This document shows positions 1-7,462 of a stretch of 32,000 nucleotides of DNA, one piece after another (the first letter of the stretch is position 1; each line of letters begins with the position of its first letter). The position numbers were made by a program, and so were the translations under genes. The DNA lies in contig NZ_LGHJ01000011.1 in NCBI RefSeq assembly GCF_001306055.1, positions 120,001 through 152,000 on the forward strand, given 5' to 3'. Below the pieces are notes generated by a model. The model had not been told where the DNA came from, ran no database searches, and was given only the letters and a program-made list of their open reading frames with translations. Source of the stretch: Bellilinea caldifistulae. GTDB lineage: Bacteria > Chloroflexota > Anaerolineae > Anaerolineales > Anaerolineaceae.

Positions 1-169
1 CTTCCGTCATGTTGCTGGCGCTCGCCAAAACCCCCTGCGGTTGAGCGGCGAATGCCGCTGCGCGCAGGGGGTTGCTTCGTTCCATCAGGGGAAGGACGGC
101 CACCCACACCGTCAGCAAGAGCCCGCATATCCGCCAAGCCAACCGAACACCCCGCCGCTGTGTGCGCAT
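1..169 (-). CDS. Partial CDS (N-terminal 56 codons, runs off the window): secreted or membrane protein of unknown function
   Basis: ATG at 169-167 preceded by GGAGGTGG. Translation is MRTQRRGVRLAWRICGLLLTVWVAVLPLMERSNPL..., with a basic N-region followed by a hydrophobic helix. Not in the ORF track because there is no stop within the window. Confidence 0.4.
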   Translation of the reverse strand, partial: MRTQRRGVRLAWRICGLLLTVWVAVLPLMERSNPLRAAAFAAQPQGVLASASNMTE

Positions 170-211
170 CGTCCACCTCCCGCCCATGCAAATGACTCAC
201 CCTCAGTGAGG

Positions 212-220
212 ATTGTAGCA
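212..220 (-). promoter_or_regulatory. Candidate extended -10 promoter (TGCTACAAT) for the partial CDS at 1-169
   Basis: The reverse complement of 212-220 reads TGCTACAAT. It lies in the intergenic gap about 43 nt upstream of the ATG at 169, and an SD follows. Confidence 0.35.
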
Positions 221-265
221 TAAACGGTATCTGTTCGGTTGGAAAAATGTCGGGGAGATAGCGGC

Positions 266-1789
266 CTACTGGCGAATCTCCACCACCACGCCGTTTTGCG
301 CCCAGTTGTAAAGCCACTCGGCTGCCGGCAGGTCGAGGATGATACAGCCGTAGGAAACCGGCCGGCCGAGGCTGCCGGCCCACAGCCGCCGCCCGCCGGA
401 AAGAGTCGGCAACCCGTGGATACCGTTCATAAATCCCGGCCAGGCTTCGTAAATCCCCAAAAAGTACGGCATGGTCAAATCCCACACCGAGGCGTAGGCT
501 TCCTGTACATGACTCTGCACCTGAAACACGCCCGGTTGGGTGGGCGAACGGTCAATGCCGGTGCTGATGATGAATTCGCGGATGGGCTGGTCGTTTTCAA
601 ACACCGTCATGCGCTGTGCCGAAATGAAAATCAGAATCCGCTTGCCGACCACCACCGGCAGCGGCAGCAAATCACTGCGCGAGGGAATGGTCAGGGTGCT
701 GCCGGACGGCAACACATCCGGGTTGAGGCCGGGGTTGGCGCGTAAAATCATCCACGCCGGAATCTGGACGCGGTAGGAGATGGACAGCAGCGTATCGCCC
801 GGTTGGACGGTGTAGGTCGTCGGTGGATGGCGCAGGATGACGGTGTAGGGTGTGCCGCTCGCCCAACGCTCGCTCAGGTTGTAGGGGTCAGGCGGCAACC
901 AGACGGTGCGCCCGTCCGTCAACCGGCTTTGCAGCCCGTCCAGATACGCCGGAAAAGCCCCCTCATCCAGCCGCAGGCGCGGTTCGTCGTCCTGCCATTC
1001 CACCCTCACCCACTCGGCCAGTTGAGCGGGCGGCACGTCCCAAACTTCCCGCTTGTCCAGAATTGGGTCGTAACCCTCAACCCGCAGCGGGCGGTTGAGT
1101 TGGGTAAGCAGTTCGGGCAGGCGCGCTTCCAGCGCAGCCGTGGAAGAAGGCACCGGCCTGGTGACCAGAGTCAGAACCCCGCTGCGAACGGCCAGGGCAG
1201 CGTTCTGCTCCAGCCAGCGCACGGTGGCTTCCACGTCCAGCGCCAACCCGGCTTCACCGGGAGCGGCAGCCCAGCCACCATTGTCGTAGCGCAAAGCCGG
1301 CGGCTGCGGCGGGCGTTCAACCAGCCCCCGCCAGTTGCGCAACTGCTCCACCGCCAGCCTCGGGCTGACCACCACCACCGGACTGACTTGCAGCGGGCGG
1401 CGGTCGAAAATCACCTCGGCCAGTTCCTGCCAGCGCCGCTCACCGCGACCCACCTGATAGGCTTGCTTTGCCGTCGCCGCCGGATCCACCCACACGCCGA
1501 AATCCAGCGGTTTGGCCTGCCAGTAACGCTGACCGTCGGTCACCAGCCAAACCCGCTCACGGTTCCACTGCTGGTCAATCCGCGCTGCGGCTTGCGCCTC
1601 GCTCAACCCGCCGATGGCAGTTTCGCCCACCATCACGCGCGGTGCCACCGGCCCGCCAAACCGGAAGATCAGATACACCCCAAACAGTCCCCAGCCCGCC
1701 AGCAGCAAAAGCGCCAGCACGCTGAGCGCCCAGACGGCCCAGCGCGGCTGCCACCTGACCAGCGAGGATGAGCGGGGTGAATGTCCCAT
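266..1789 (-). CDS. L,D-transpeptidase (YkuD domain) with a LysM domain and an N-terminal membrane anchor
   Basis: The C-terminal motif HGLPTLSGGRRLWAGSLGRPVSYGCIILD matches the YkuD His...S-x-G-C signature. LysM-like segment: YTVQPGDTLLSISYRVQIPAWMILRANPGL. N-terminal TM helix: WAVWALSVLALLLLAGWGLFGVYLIF. Confidence 0.9.
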   Translation of the reverse strand: MGHSPRSSSLVRWQPRWAVWALSVLALLLLAGWGLFGVYLIFRFGGPVAPRVMVGETAIGGLSEAQAAARIDQQWNRERVWLVTDGQRYWQAKPLDFGVWVDPAATAKQAYQVGRGERRWQELAEVIFDRRPLQVSPVVVVSPRLAVEQLRNWRGLVERPPQPPALRYDNGGWAAAPGEAGLALDVEATVRWLEQNAALAVRSGVLTLVTRPVPSSTAALEARLPELLTQLNRPLRVEGYDPILDKREVWDVPPAQLAEWVRVEWQDDEPRLRLDEGAFPAYLDGLQSRLTDGRTVWLPPDPYNLSERWASGTPYTVILRHPPTTYTVQPGDTLLSISYRVQIPAWMILRANPGLNPDVLPSGSTLTIPSRSDLLPLPVVVGKRILIFISAQRMTVFENDQPIREFIISTGIDRSPTQPGVFQVQSHVQEAYASVWDLTMPYFLGIYEAWPGFMNGIHGLPTLSGGRRLWAGSLGRPVSYGCIILDLPAAEWLYNWAQNGVVVEIRQ

Positions 1790-1833
1790 GCGGTTAAGAC
1801 GCCGTCAGCCGGGGCTGGTTCCCCAACGCCGCT

Positions 1834-2946
1834 TCAGCGCACCGGGCGCGGGTAACCCCACCCGTGCAAACGCACCTGCTGCGGATCGGTGTGCCAGATG
1901 CCGGGGATGTGCGTACCGCAGCGTGGGCAATTTCCCTCGGCCGTCAGCCGGTAATCGGTGACAATGTAGCCGCGCCGCGCCACAACGGTTTCGCCGCATT
2001 GCGGGCAGCGGGTATCCTCCAGCGAACCGACTCGCCCCGGCAGATTACCGGCATAAACGAAGTGCAGGCCGGCCTCCTGGCCAATCTCCGCCGCTTGTAG
2101 CAGCGTGCGCGCCGAAGTCGGCGGCGGATCGGTCATCTTGTAATCGGGGTGAAAGGCGGTTACATGCCAGGGGATATCCGGCGAGACTGACGCCAGAAAG
2201 CGGGCGGCCTCCCACAATTCCTCGGGGCTGTCGTTGAAGCCCGGCACAACCAGCGTGACCACCTCCACCCAAAAGCCCATGTCGTGGGCGCGGCGGATGG
2301 TATCCAGCACGTGCTGCAACACACCGCCAAGTTTGCGGTACTGGCGGTCCTGCATGGTTTTGAGATCAACCTTGTAGGCATCCACATACGGACGCAGGTA
2401 ATCCAGCACCTCCGGCGTGGCGTTGCCGTTGGATACGTAGGCGCACAACAGACCGCGCAGTTTGGCCAGCCGGAAGACATCCACCGCCCACTCCGAGGTA
2501 ATCAGCGGTTCGTTGTAGGAAGAAACCACCGCCTGCGCCCCGTTGCGCAGAGCGTATTCCACCAGTTTTTCCGGCGTAATCCGCAGGATGTAGTCCGGAT
2601 CAATCCCGGCTTGCGGGTCGCGCAGGGTTTGCGAGGTCAGCCAGTTCTGGCAGTAGCTGCAGTGGAAATCGCAGCCCAGCATACCAAAGGTCAGCGCATC
2701 GGCCCCCGGCAAAACATGCGAGAAGGGCTTTTTCTCGATGGGGTCCACCTGCAAAGCAGCCACATAACCCCACGGCACCCGCAGCTCGCCATCGGCGTTG
2801 AAACGCACCTGACAGATGCCGCGCCTTCCGGGTTTGATCAAACAACGATGAGCGCAGGCGTAACACCGCACCGCCCCGTCTTCCAGTTTCTCGTACAACT
2901 CGCCGGGGCGGGTCATTTCGTCCAACCGCTCAGCCAGCGTAACCAT
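1834..2946 (-). CDS. Radical SAM enzyme, AmmeMemoRadiSam-system type (pyruvate formate-lyase activase-like)
   Basis: CX3CX2C motif GCDFHCSYCQNW. The N-terminal Cys cluster VRCYACAHRCLIKPGRRGICQVR and the C-terminal zinc-ribbon-like CPQCG...CPRCG are typical of this family. SD AAGGAG lies upstream of the ATG at 2946. Confidence 0.85.
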   Translation of the reverse strand: MVTLAERLDEMTRPGELYEKLEDGAVRCYACAHRCLIKPGRRGICQVRFNADGELRVPWGYVAALQVDPIEKKPFSHVLPGADALTFGMLGCDFHCSYCQNWLTSQTLRDPQAGIDPDYILRITPEKLVEYALRNGAQAVVSSYNEPLITSEWAVDVFRLAKLRGLLCAYVSNGNATPEVLDYLRPYVDAYKVDLKTMQDRQYRKLGGVLQHVLDTIRRAHDMGFWVEVVTLVVPGFNDSPEELWEAARFLASVSPDIPWHVTAFHPDYKMTDPPPTSARTLLQAAEIGQEAGLHFVYAGNLPGRVGSLEDTRCPQCGETVVARRGYIVTDYRLTAEGNCPRCGTHIPGIWHTDPQQVRLHGWGYPRPVR

Positions 2947-2988
2947 GTTTCACACTCCTTGTTGAACCGTTAAACGATCTTCTCTTTC

Positions 2989-2994
2989 ATTATA
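2989..2994 (-). promoter_or_regulatory. Candidate -10 box (TATAAT) for the radical SAM / L,D-transpeptidase transcription unit
   Basis: The reverse complement of 2989-2994 is a perfect TATAAT, about 43 nt upstream of the ATG at 2946. No convincing -35. Confidence 0.3.
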
Positions 2995-3110
2995 CCGAAA
3001 TGGTCAAGTGGATGGAACAAACCATGCTGCGGCGGCGTCTTCAGCGTGGAGAAGTCCCCTTAATGAGTTGTCCAACGCCGCTCTCAACGCCCCACCGGCA
3101 GGAGGAGAAG

Positions 3111-3200
3111 ATGGAACGAAAGTTGATTGTTACCCTGATCGGGATCGGATTGGTCGTTCTGGTGTTGTGGTTGAGCAGCGGCTGCAGTGTGGTGGTTTAA
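3111..3200 (+). CDS. Possible small (29 aa) membrane or lipoprotein-like peptide
   Basis: ATG at 3111 preceded by GGAGGAG (3101-3107) at near-ideal spacing. Peptide is MERKLIVTLIGIGLVVLVLWLSSGCSVVV: a charged N-region, a hydrophobic helix, then SSGC. Its stop overlaps the stop of the convergent gene (TTAA at 3197-3200). Confidence 0.3.
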   Translation: MERKLIVTLIGIGLVVLVLWLSSGCSVVV

Positions 3201-4354
3201 CCGTAGCGGCCAAACTCCACAGCCGCGTCCACCATCGCCAGAATGTTCTCCGGCGGGGTTTCGTTCGGGATGGTATGCACCGAGGCGAGCAGGTAGCCGC
3301 CGCCGGAGCCGAGCAGGTCAATCACCCGCCTGACCTCGGCGCGCACCTCGTCGGGTGTTCCGAAAGGCAGTACCCGCTGGGTATCCACCGCTCCGCAGAA
3401 AACCAGATTCTTTCCGTAGCGCCGCTTGAGCTCTTCCAGATTGGCCATCCGACCGGCGCTGGTCTGAATCGGGTTCAGCACCTGCACACCAATTTCGACC
3501 AGATCATCCAGCAGGGGGAAGACATCCCCATCGGAGTGGAAAAAGATGCGTGCGCGGCTGTGCTGGCGCACCAGCGCAAACAACTCAGCGTGCAGAGGTT
3601 TGAGCAGACTGCGGTAGGTGCGCGGCGAAATCAGCAGGCTGTTTTGGGTGCCCAGGTCATCCGCTAGAATGATCAGGTCAAGATACTCGCCCACCTCACC
3701 TAAAAAATGGGTCAGGTGGGTCTTGCACAGATCGGTGATTTTTCGCAACAGCGCCGCGGCAAAGTCCGGTGCATCCACCAGATTGAGCAGGAAAGCCTGC
3801 ATCCCTTGCAGCTGGAAGGCGCGCTCCAGGGGTGAAATCAGCCACGGTGCGCCGATGATCGCGTAGCGGTTTGCGGCGGCCAGCCGCCCGGCCTCCACCC
3901 GCAGGTGAGCAAAGCGGCTCGGGTCGTGCATATCCGGCCACGGGTAGGTTTCCAGATCCTCCAGCCGGCTGGTTTCGCTGAGCGGATGGATGGCCGGAAA
4001 ATATACCCCCGGCTCAATCTCCGGTTGACCGACACCCCAATCATCCACGTACGGGCTGCCGGGCGGGCGGCTGCGGTTGCGGGCGTAAGTAGCGGCCGGA
4101 AAGCGGTCCTGAACGCCGCGCACATCCGAATGCAGCCGTTCCAGCACCGCCTCCGAAGGCAACGGCGCGCCCAGTTCCAGCCAGTCGTATAGCGGTTGGT
4201 AATCCTCCGCCAGCCCAAGGTAGCCCGTCAAACGACGGTAGGCACGTTCCTGAATACCGGTGGTCAAATCGGCGCCGATCACAATCGGCACGCGGTCGGG
4301 CACCTCATGATTCAAAACCGCCAGAACACGCTCGCGCGGGGTGAGTGACGCCAT
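3197..4354 (-). CDS. Uroporphyrinogen decarboxylase (URO-D) family protein, MtaA/CmuA-like methyltransferase type
   Basis: The N-terminus MASLTPRERVLAVLNHEVPDRVPIV and the C-terminal FFHSDGDVFPLLDDLVEIGVQVLNPIQ are typical of the URO-D fold. Start moved to the ATG at 4354, which is preceded by GGAGGATGT. The upstream extension to 4453 has no SD. Confidence 0.8.
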   Translation of the reverse strand: MASLTPRERVLAVLNHEVPDRVPIVIGADLTTGIQERAYRRLTGYLGLAEDYQPLYDWLELGAPLPSEAVLERLHSDVRGVQDRFPAATYARNRSRPPGSPYVDDWGVGQPEIEPGVYFPAIHPLSETSRLEDLETYPWPDMHDPSRFAHLRVEAGRLAAANRYAIIGAPWLISPLERAFQLQGMQAFLLNLVDAPDFAAALLRKITDLCKTHLTHFLGEVGEYLDLIILADDLGTQNSLLISPRTYRSLLKPLHAELFALVRQHSRARIFFHSDGDVFPLLDDLVEIGVQVLNPIQTSAGRMANLEELKRRYGKNLVFCGAVDTQRVLPFGTPDEVRAEVRRVIDLLGSGGGYLLASVHTIPNETPPENILAMVDAAVEFGRYG

Positions 4355-4423
4355 ACATCCTCCAATTTGTATGAAAATCACCCCCATTGTAATCTTATTT
4401 GATGACTTACACGCCCCAAAACA

Positions 4424-4432
4424 TGGTATAAA
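4424..4432 (+). promoter_or_regulatory. Candidate extended -10 promoter (TGGTATAAA) for the histidine kinase
   Basis: TGGTATAAA lies in the AT-rich divergent intergenic region, 46 nt upstream of the ATG at 4478. Confidence 0.35.
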
Positions 4433-4477
4433 AATAAAAGGTGACTCGACCACGGATACAGGGGGCAGGTTTTCCAG

Positions 4478-5839
4478 ATGATCTCACCCCTCAAGCGTTT
4501 TCTGACCATTTTCTCCCCCGCCCTGCGGGTTGCAGCCCTTTATCTGTTGATTGGCGGCGGCTGGATTTTGTTCTCCGACCGCATTCTGGAATCACTGGTA
4601 CAGGATGCGGCGGAGTTGAGTCGCTGGCAAAGCGTCAAGGGAATTGGCTTTGTACTGGCCATGGCAGTTTTGTTGTACCTCGAACGCGCCCACGATATCC
4701 GTCAAAAACGGCGTGAAGAAGAACTGCTCAGCCAACGCCTGGCGCTCTTCGATAATGCTCCCTCCCCGATTTGGGTGGTGGATTTAAATACCTTAAGCTT
4801 TCTGGCGGTCAACCCGGCCGCCGAACAGTTTTACGGTTACAGCCGGGATGAGTTCTGTCAAATGAAGCTAAGCGACCTGCGCAGCCCCGAAGAAAAAACT
4901 GCCATCGGTGGGATGATCGAAGGGCTGACCCGCCAGGGTTCTTACCGCTACACTACCCGTCATGTCCGCAAGGATGGCAGTGTAGTAGATGTTTCGGTCA
5001 CCGGCCGAAAATTAATGTGGGAAGGTCAGCTGGCGGCAGTGTTTTCGATCACCGATATTACCGAATTGCTGCAAAACGAACAGGCTTTGCGCGAGCTGAC
5101 CCAGCAACTGGAGCAGAAGGTCGCCGAGCGAACCGCCGACTTGCAGCGCAAGAATCGGGAACTGGAAACTTTCGCCTACTCCGTTTCGCATGATCTGAAA
5201 GCACCCCTGCGGGGTATAGATGGTTACAGCCGACTGCTGCTGGAAGATCACGCCCAATCGCTCAATGAAGAAGGGCGCGAGTTTTTGCACGCCATCCGGC
5301 GCGGGGCAACTCAGATGGCGCAGTTGATTGACGCCCTGCTGACCTATTCGCGGCTGGAGCGGCGCAGCCTGAGCATCAGCCGGTTGGAAATTCAACCGCT
5401 CATTCAAAATTTGTTGAACGAGTTTCGATTGGAAATTGAAAAGCGCGGCGCGCAGGTCATCGTCAACCTGCCGTTTGAGGTGGTTGACCATGATTACCAG
5501 AGCCTGTATCAGGCGCTCCAAAATTTACTGGAAAACGCCCTCAAATTCAGCGCCAACCGCTCCCATCCGCGCATCGAGATCGGCGGGGAGGAACACCCCC
5601 ACAGCCACATCCTCTGGGTGCGCGATAACGGCATCGGTTTCGACATGCAGTACCACGACCGCCTTTTTGAAATCTTCCAGCGTCTCAACCACAACGAGGA
5701 CTACCCCGGCACCGGGGTGGGGCTGGCAATTGTGCGCAAAGCGATGGAACGGATCGGCGGACGGGTTTGGGCGATCAGCGCGCCGGGGGAAGGAGCCACC
5801 TTTTACCTCGAAATCCCCAAACGCTCTTTAAATTTGTGA
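4478..5839 (+). CDS. Sensor histidine kinase (2 TM, PAS, coiled coil, HisKA, HATPase_c)
   Basis: H-box FAYSVSHDLKAPLRGIDGYSRLL, N-box LLENALKFS, G-boxes VRDNGIGF and GTGVGLAIV. PAS-like segment: SPIWVVDLNTLSFLAVNPAAEQFYGYSRDEF. Confidence 0.9.
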   Translation: MISPLKRFLTIFSPALRVAALYLLIGGGWILFSDRILESLVQDAAELSRWQSVKGIGFVLAMAVLLYLERAHDIRQKRREEELLSQRLALFDNAPSPIWVVDLNTLSFLAVNPAAEQFYGYSRDEFCQMKLSDLRSPEEKTAIGGMIEGLTRQGSYRYTTRHVRKDGSVVDVSVTGRKLMWEGQLAAVFSITDITELLQNEQALRELTQQLEQKVAERTADLQRKNRELETFAYSVSHDLKAPLRGIDGYSRLLLEDHAQSLNEEGREFLHAIRRGATQMAQLIDALLTYSRLERRSLSISRLEIQPLIQNLLNEFRLEIEKRGAQVIVNLPFEVVDHDYQSLYQALQNLLENALKFSANRSHPRIEIGGEEHPHSHILWVRDNGIGFDMQYHDRLFEIFQRLNHNEDYPGTGVGLAIVRKAMERIGGRVWAISAPGEGATFYLEIPKRSLNL

Positions 5840-5845
5840 TAAGAT
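5837..5845 (+). promoter_or_regulatory. Candidate extended -10 promoter (TGATAAGAT, context TTGTGATAAGAT)
   Basis: Overlaps the kinase stop codon TGA at 5837-5839. It lies about 70 nt upstream of the ATG at 5915, which has a GAGGT SD. Confidence 0.35.
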
Positions 5846-5914
5846 TCACACAACGTCCTGTTTTTCTATCAGTATTCCCTTGTATTTGTTACGCAATCGG
5901 TTTGAGGTAACTCG

Positions 5915-7327
5915 ATGAATAACACTCTTCGTTTACTACGTCATTTTCCTAACCCGTGGTGGGGAATTGCGCTGAGCCTGGTGGCCATCCTGTTGAGCGC
6001 CGGCGCGCAGGTACAGGCACAGGATCAGCCCCCGCAGGAAAACGAAGCCATCATTTACATGTTCTGGGGCGATGGCTGCCCGCACTGTGCCGAGGCAAAG
6101 CCGTATCTGGAAGGGCTGGCGCAGCGTTACCCGTGGGTGGAACTGCGCTTCTACGAAGTGTGGTACGACGAGGGCAATCGCGCCTTATTCGAGAAGATGG
6201 CGGCCGCCTACGGATTTGAAGCCCGCTATGTGCCGACCATCTTTATCGGCAGCCAGCACTGGGTTGGATATAACAAGTCCATCAACCCCGAAATTGAAAA
6301 GGTCATTCAGGATTGTCATCGGTCTGGCTGCCCGGATGCCGGCGCCGGGGTGATTTTCCCAGCTCAGCCCACTGCCGCAGCACCCCAGCCGCCCGCCGCG
6401 GTGCAACAACAGGCCGAAACGCTCACCCTGCCGCTGATCGGCACAGTGGATCTCAGCCACCAGTCGCTGGCGGTCAGCACCACGTTGATCGCCTTTGTGG
6501 ACGGCTTCAACCCCTGCTCCGTGTGGGTGCTGACCATGCTGCTGGCGCTCACATTGCACACCGGCTCGCGCCGCAAGGTCATCATCATCGGGGTTGTCTT
6601 CCTGACGGTGACCGCCGCGGTGTACGCCCTGTTCATTGCCGGTTTATTCACCATCTTCACCTTTATCAGTTTTGTGGGCTGGATCCGGGTGCTGGTTGCG
6701 CTGGTGGCGTTGTTCTTTGCTGCCGTTAATATCAAAGATTATTTCTTTTACAAAGAAGGCATCTCCTTCACCATCGCCGATGAAAAGAAACCCGGCATCG
6801 CCCGCGGCATCCGGCGGGTGATGGACGCCAGCCAGTCGCTTTGGGGGTTGATTGGAGCCACCATTGCGCTTGCCGCCGGGGTTTCGCTGGTTGAGTTTTC
6901 CTGCACGGCGGGCTTTCCAGTCTTGTGGAGCAATCTGCTGGCTGCCAATCAGGTTGAGCCACTGACCTTTGCCCTTTTACTCTTGTTGTATATGCTGATC
7001 TATCAGCTGGATGAACTGGTCATCTTTTTCGTTGCCGTGTTCACCCTCAAAGCCAGCCGTCTGGAGGAAAAACACGGTCGAATTCTGAAACTGATCGGCG
7101 GAGTGCTGATGCTGACCCTGGCAGTGGTGATGGTGCTGAACCCCAATCTGCTGGATAACCTCAGCACGGCTTTGATTGTCTTTGCGGCAGCCTTTGCCGT
7201 CACCGGCTTGATTCTGCTGATTCACCGCCGCGTCCTGCCCCGTTTCGGCATCTGGATCGGCAACGAAGCCCACCCGCGCCGCCGCCACGCTGCCAGAAAA
7301 AGCCGGGTTTCTCAACCCGAAAAATAA
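5915..7327 (+). CDS. Secreted thioredoxin-fold domain (CPHC) fused to a polytopic Cys-containing membrane domain; putative thiol:disulfide oxidoreductase or electron shuttle
   Basis: Signal peptide, then WGDGCPHCAEAKPYL (CxxC thioredoxin or glutaredoxin-like), a Pro/Ala linker, then about 7 TM helices with FNPCSVW and EFSCTAGFP motifs reminiscent of CcdA/DsbD-type membrane domains. Confidence 0.7.
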   Translation: MNNTLRLLRHFPNPWWGIALSLVAILLSAGAQVQAQDQPPQENEAIIYMFWGDGCPHCAEAKPYLEGLAQRYPWVELRFYEVWYDEGNRALFEKMAAAYGFEARYVPTIFIGSQHWVGYNKSINPEIEKVIQDCHRSGCPDAGAGVIFPAQPTAAAPQPPAAVQQQAETLTLPLIGTVDLSHQSLAVSTTLIAFVDGFNPCSVWVLTMLLALTLHTGSRRKVIIIGVVFLTVTAAVYALFIAGLFTIFTFISFVGWIRVLVALVALFFAAVNIKDYFFYKEGISFTIADEKKPGIARGIRRVMDASQSLWGLIGATIALAAGVSLVEFSCTAGFPVLWSNLLAANQVEPLTFALLLLLYMLIYQLDELVIFFVAVFTLKASRLEEKHGRILKLIGGVLMLTLAVVMVLNPNLLDNLSTALIVFAAAFAVTGLILLIHRRVLPRFGIWIGNEAHPRRRHAARKSRVSQPEK

Positions 7328-7462
7328 CCCTCAGGCAAACTAAAGCAACGCCAGGGCGCAAGGAAAGAGAAATCCTGTGCGCTTCGGCATCTCGGGGTTA
7401 AGTCTCCTCACACCCTGAATAACGTGAATTCGAGCAATGAGTGGCAACGCCGCTCTAACGAA

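Noticed and set aside
41-223. A 60-aa + strand ORF at the window start.
   Set aside because: It is low-complexity and Pro-rich with no SD. The opposite strand has an SD-preceded ORF with a signal-peptide-like N-terminus.
803-1771. Long antisense ORFs opposite well-supported genes: 803-1771(+), 2284-2973(+), 3008-3667(+), 8021-9097(+), 10318-11196(+), 15389-15925(+), 17306-18055(+), 18873-19475(-), 22211-22777(+) and 23770-24723(-).
   Set aside because: These are typical shadow ORFs of high-GC DNA. Their translations are Arg/Pro/Gly/Ala-rich with no recognisable motifs. They lack SDs, and each fully overlaps a gene with strong family signatures.
3197-3200. Convergent genes sharing overlapping stop codons (TTAA at 3197-3200; CTAA at 13733-13736).
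   Set aside because: This is consistent with simple genome compaction, and nothing suggests a regulatory role. It does mean these convergent pairs have no room for terminators.
4355-4453. N-terminal extensions proposed by the ORF track: 3197-4453, 11527-11892, 12672-13736, 16011-16892, 19261-20187, 23317-25575, 25572-27098, 7463-8920 and 9396-9899.
   Set aside because: In each case a downstream ATG or GTG has an SD or a promoter at the proper distance, or it matches the conserved N-terminus of the family. The extension overlaps the neighbouring gene or uses a rare TTG.
7328-7462. A hairpin, GCGCAAGGA-N8-TCCTGTGCGC, in the convergent spacer as an intrinsic terminator.
   Set aside because: The stem is imperfect, with one bulge, and only two T residues follow it. 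That is not strong enough to call.
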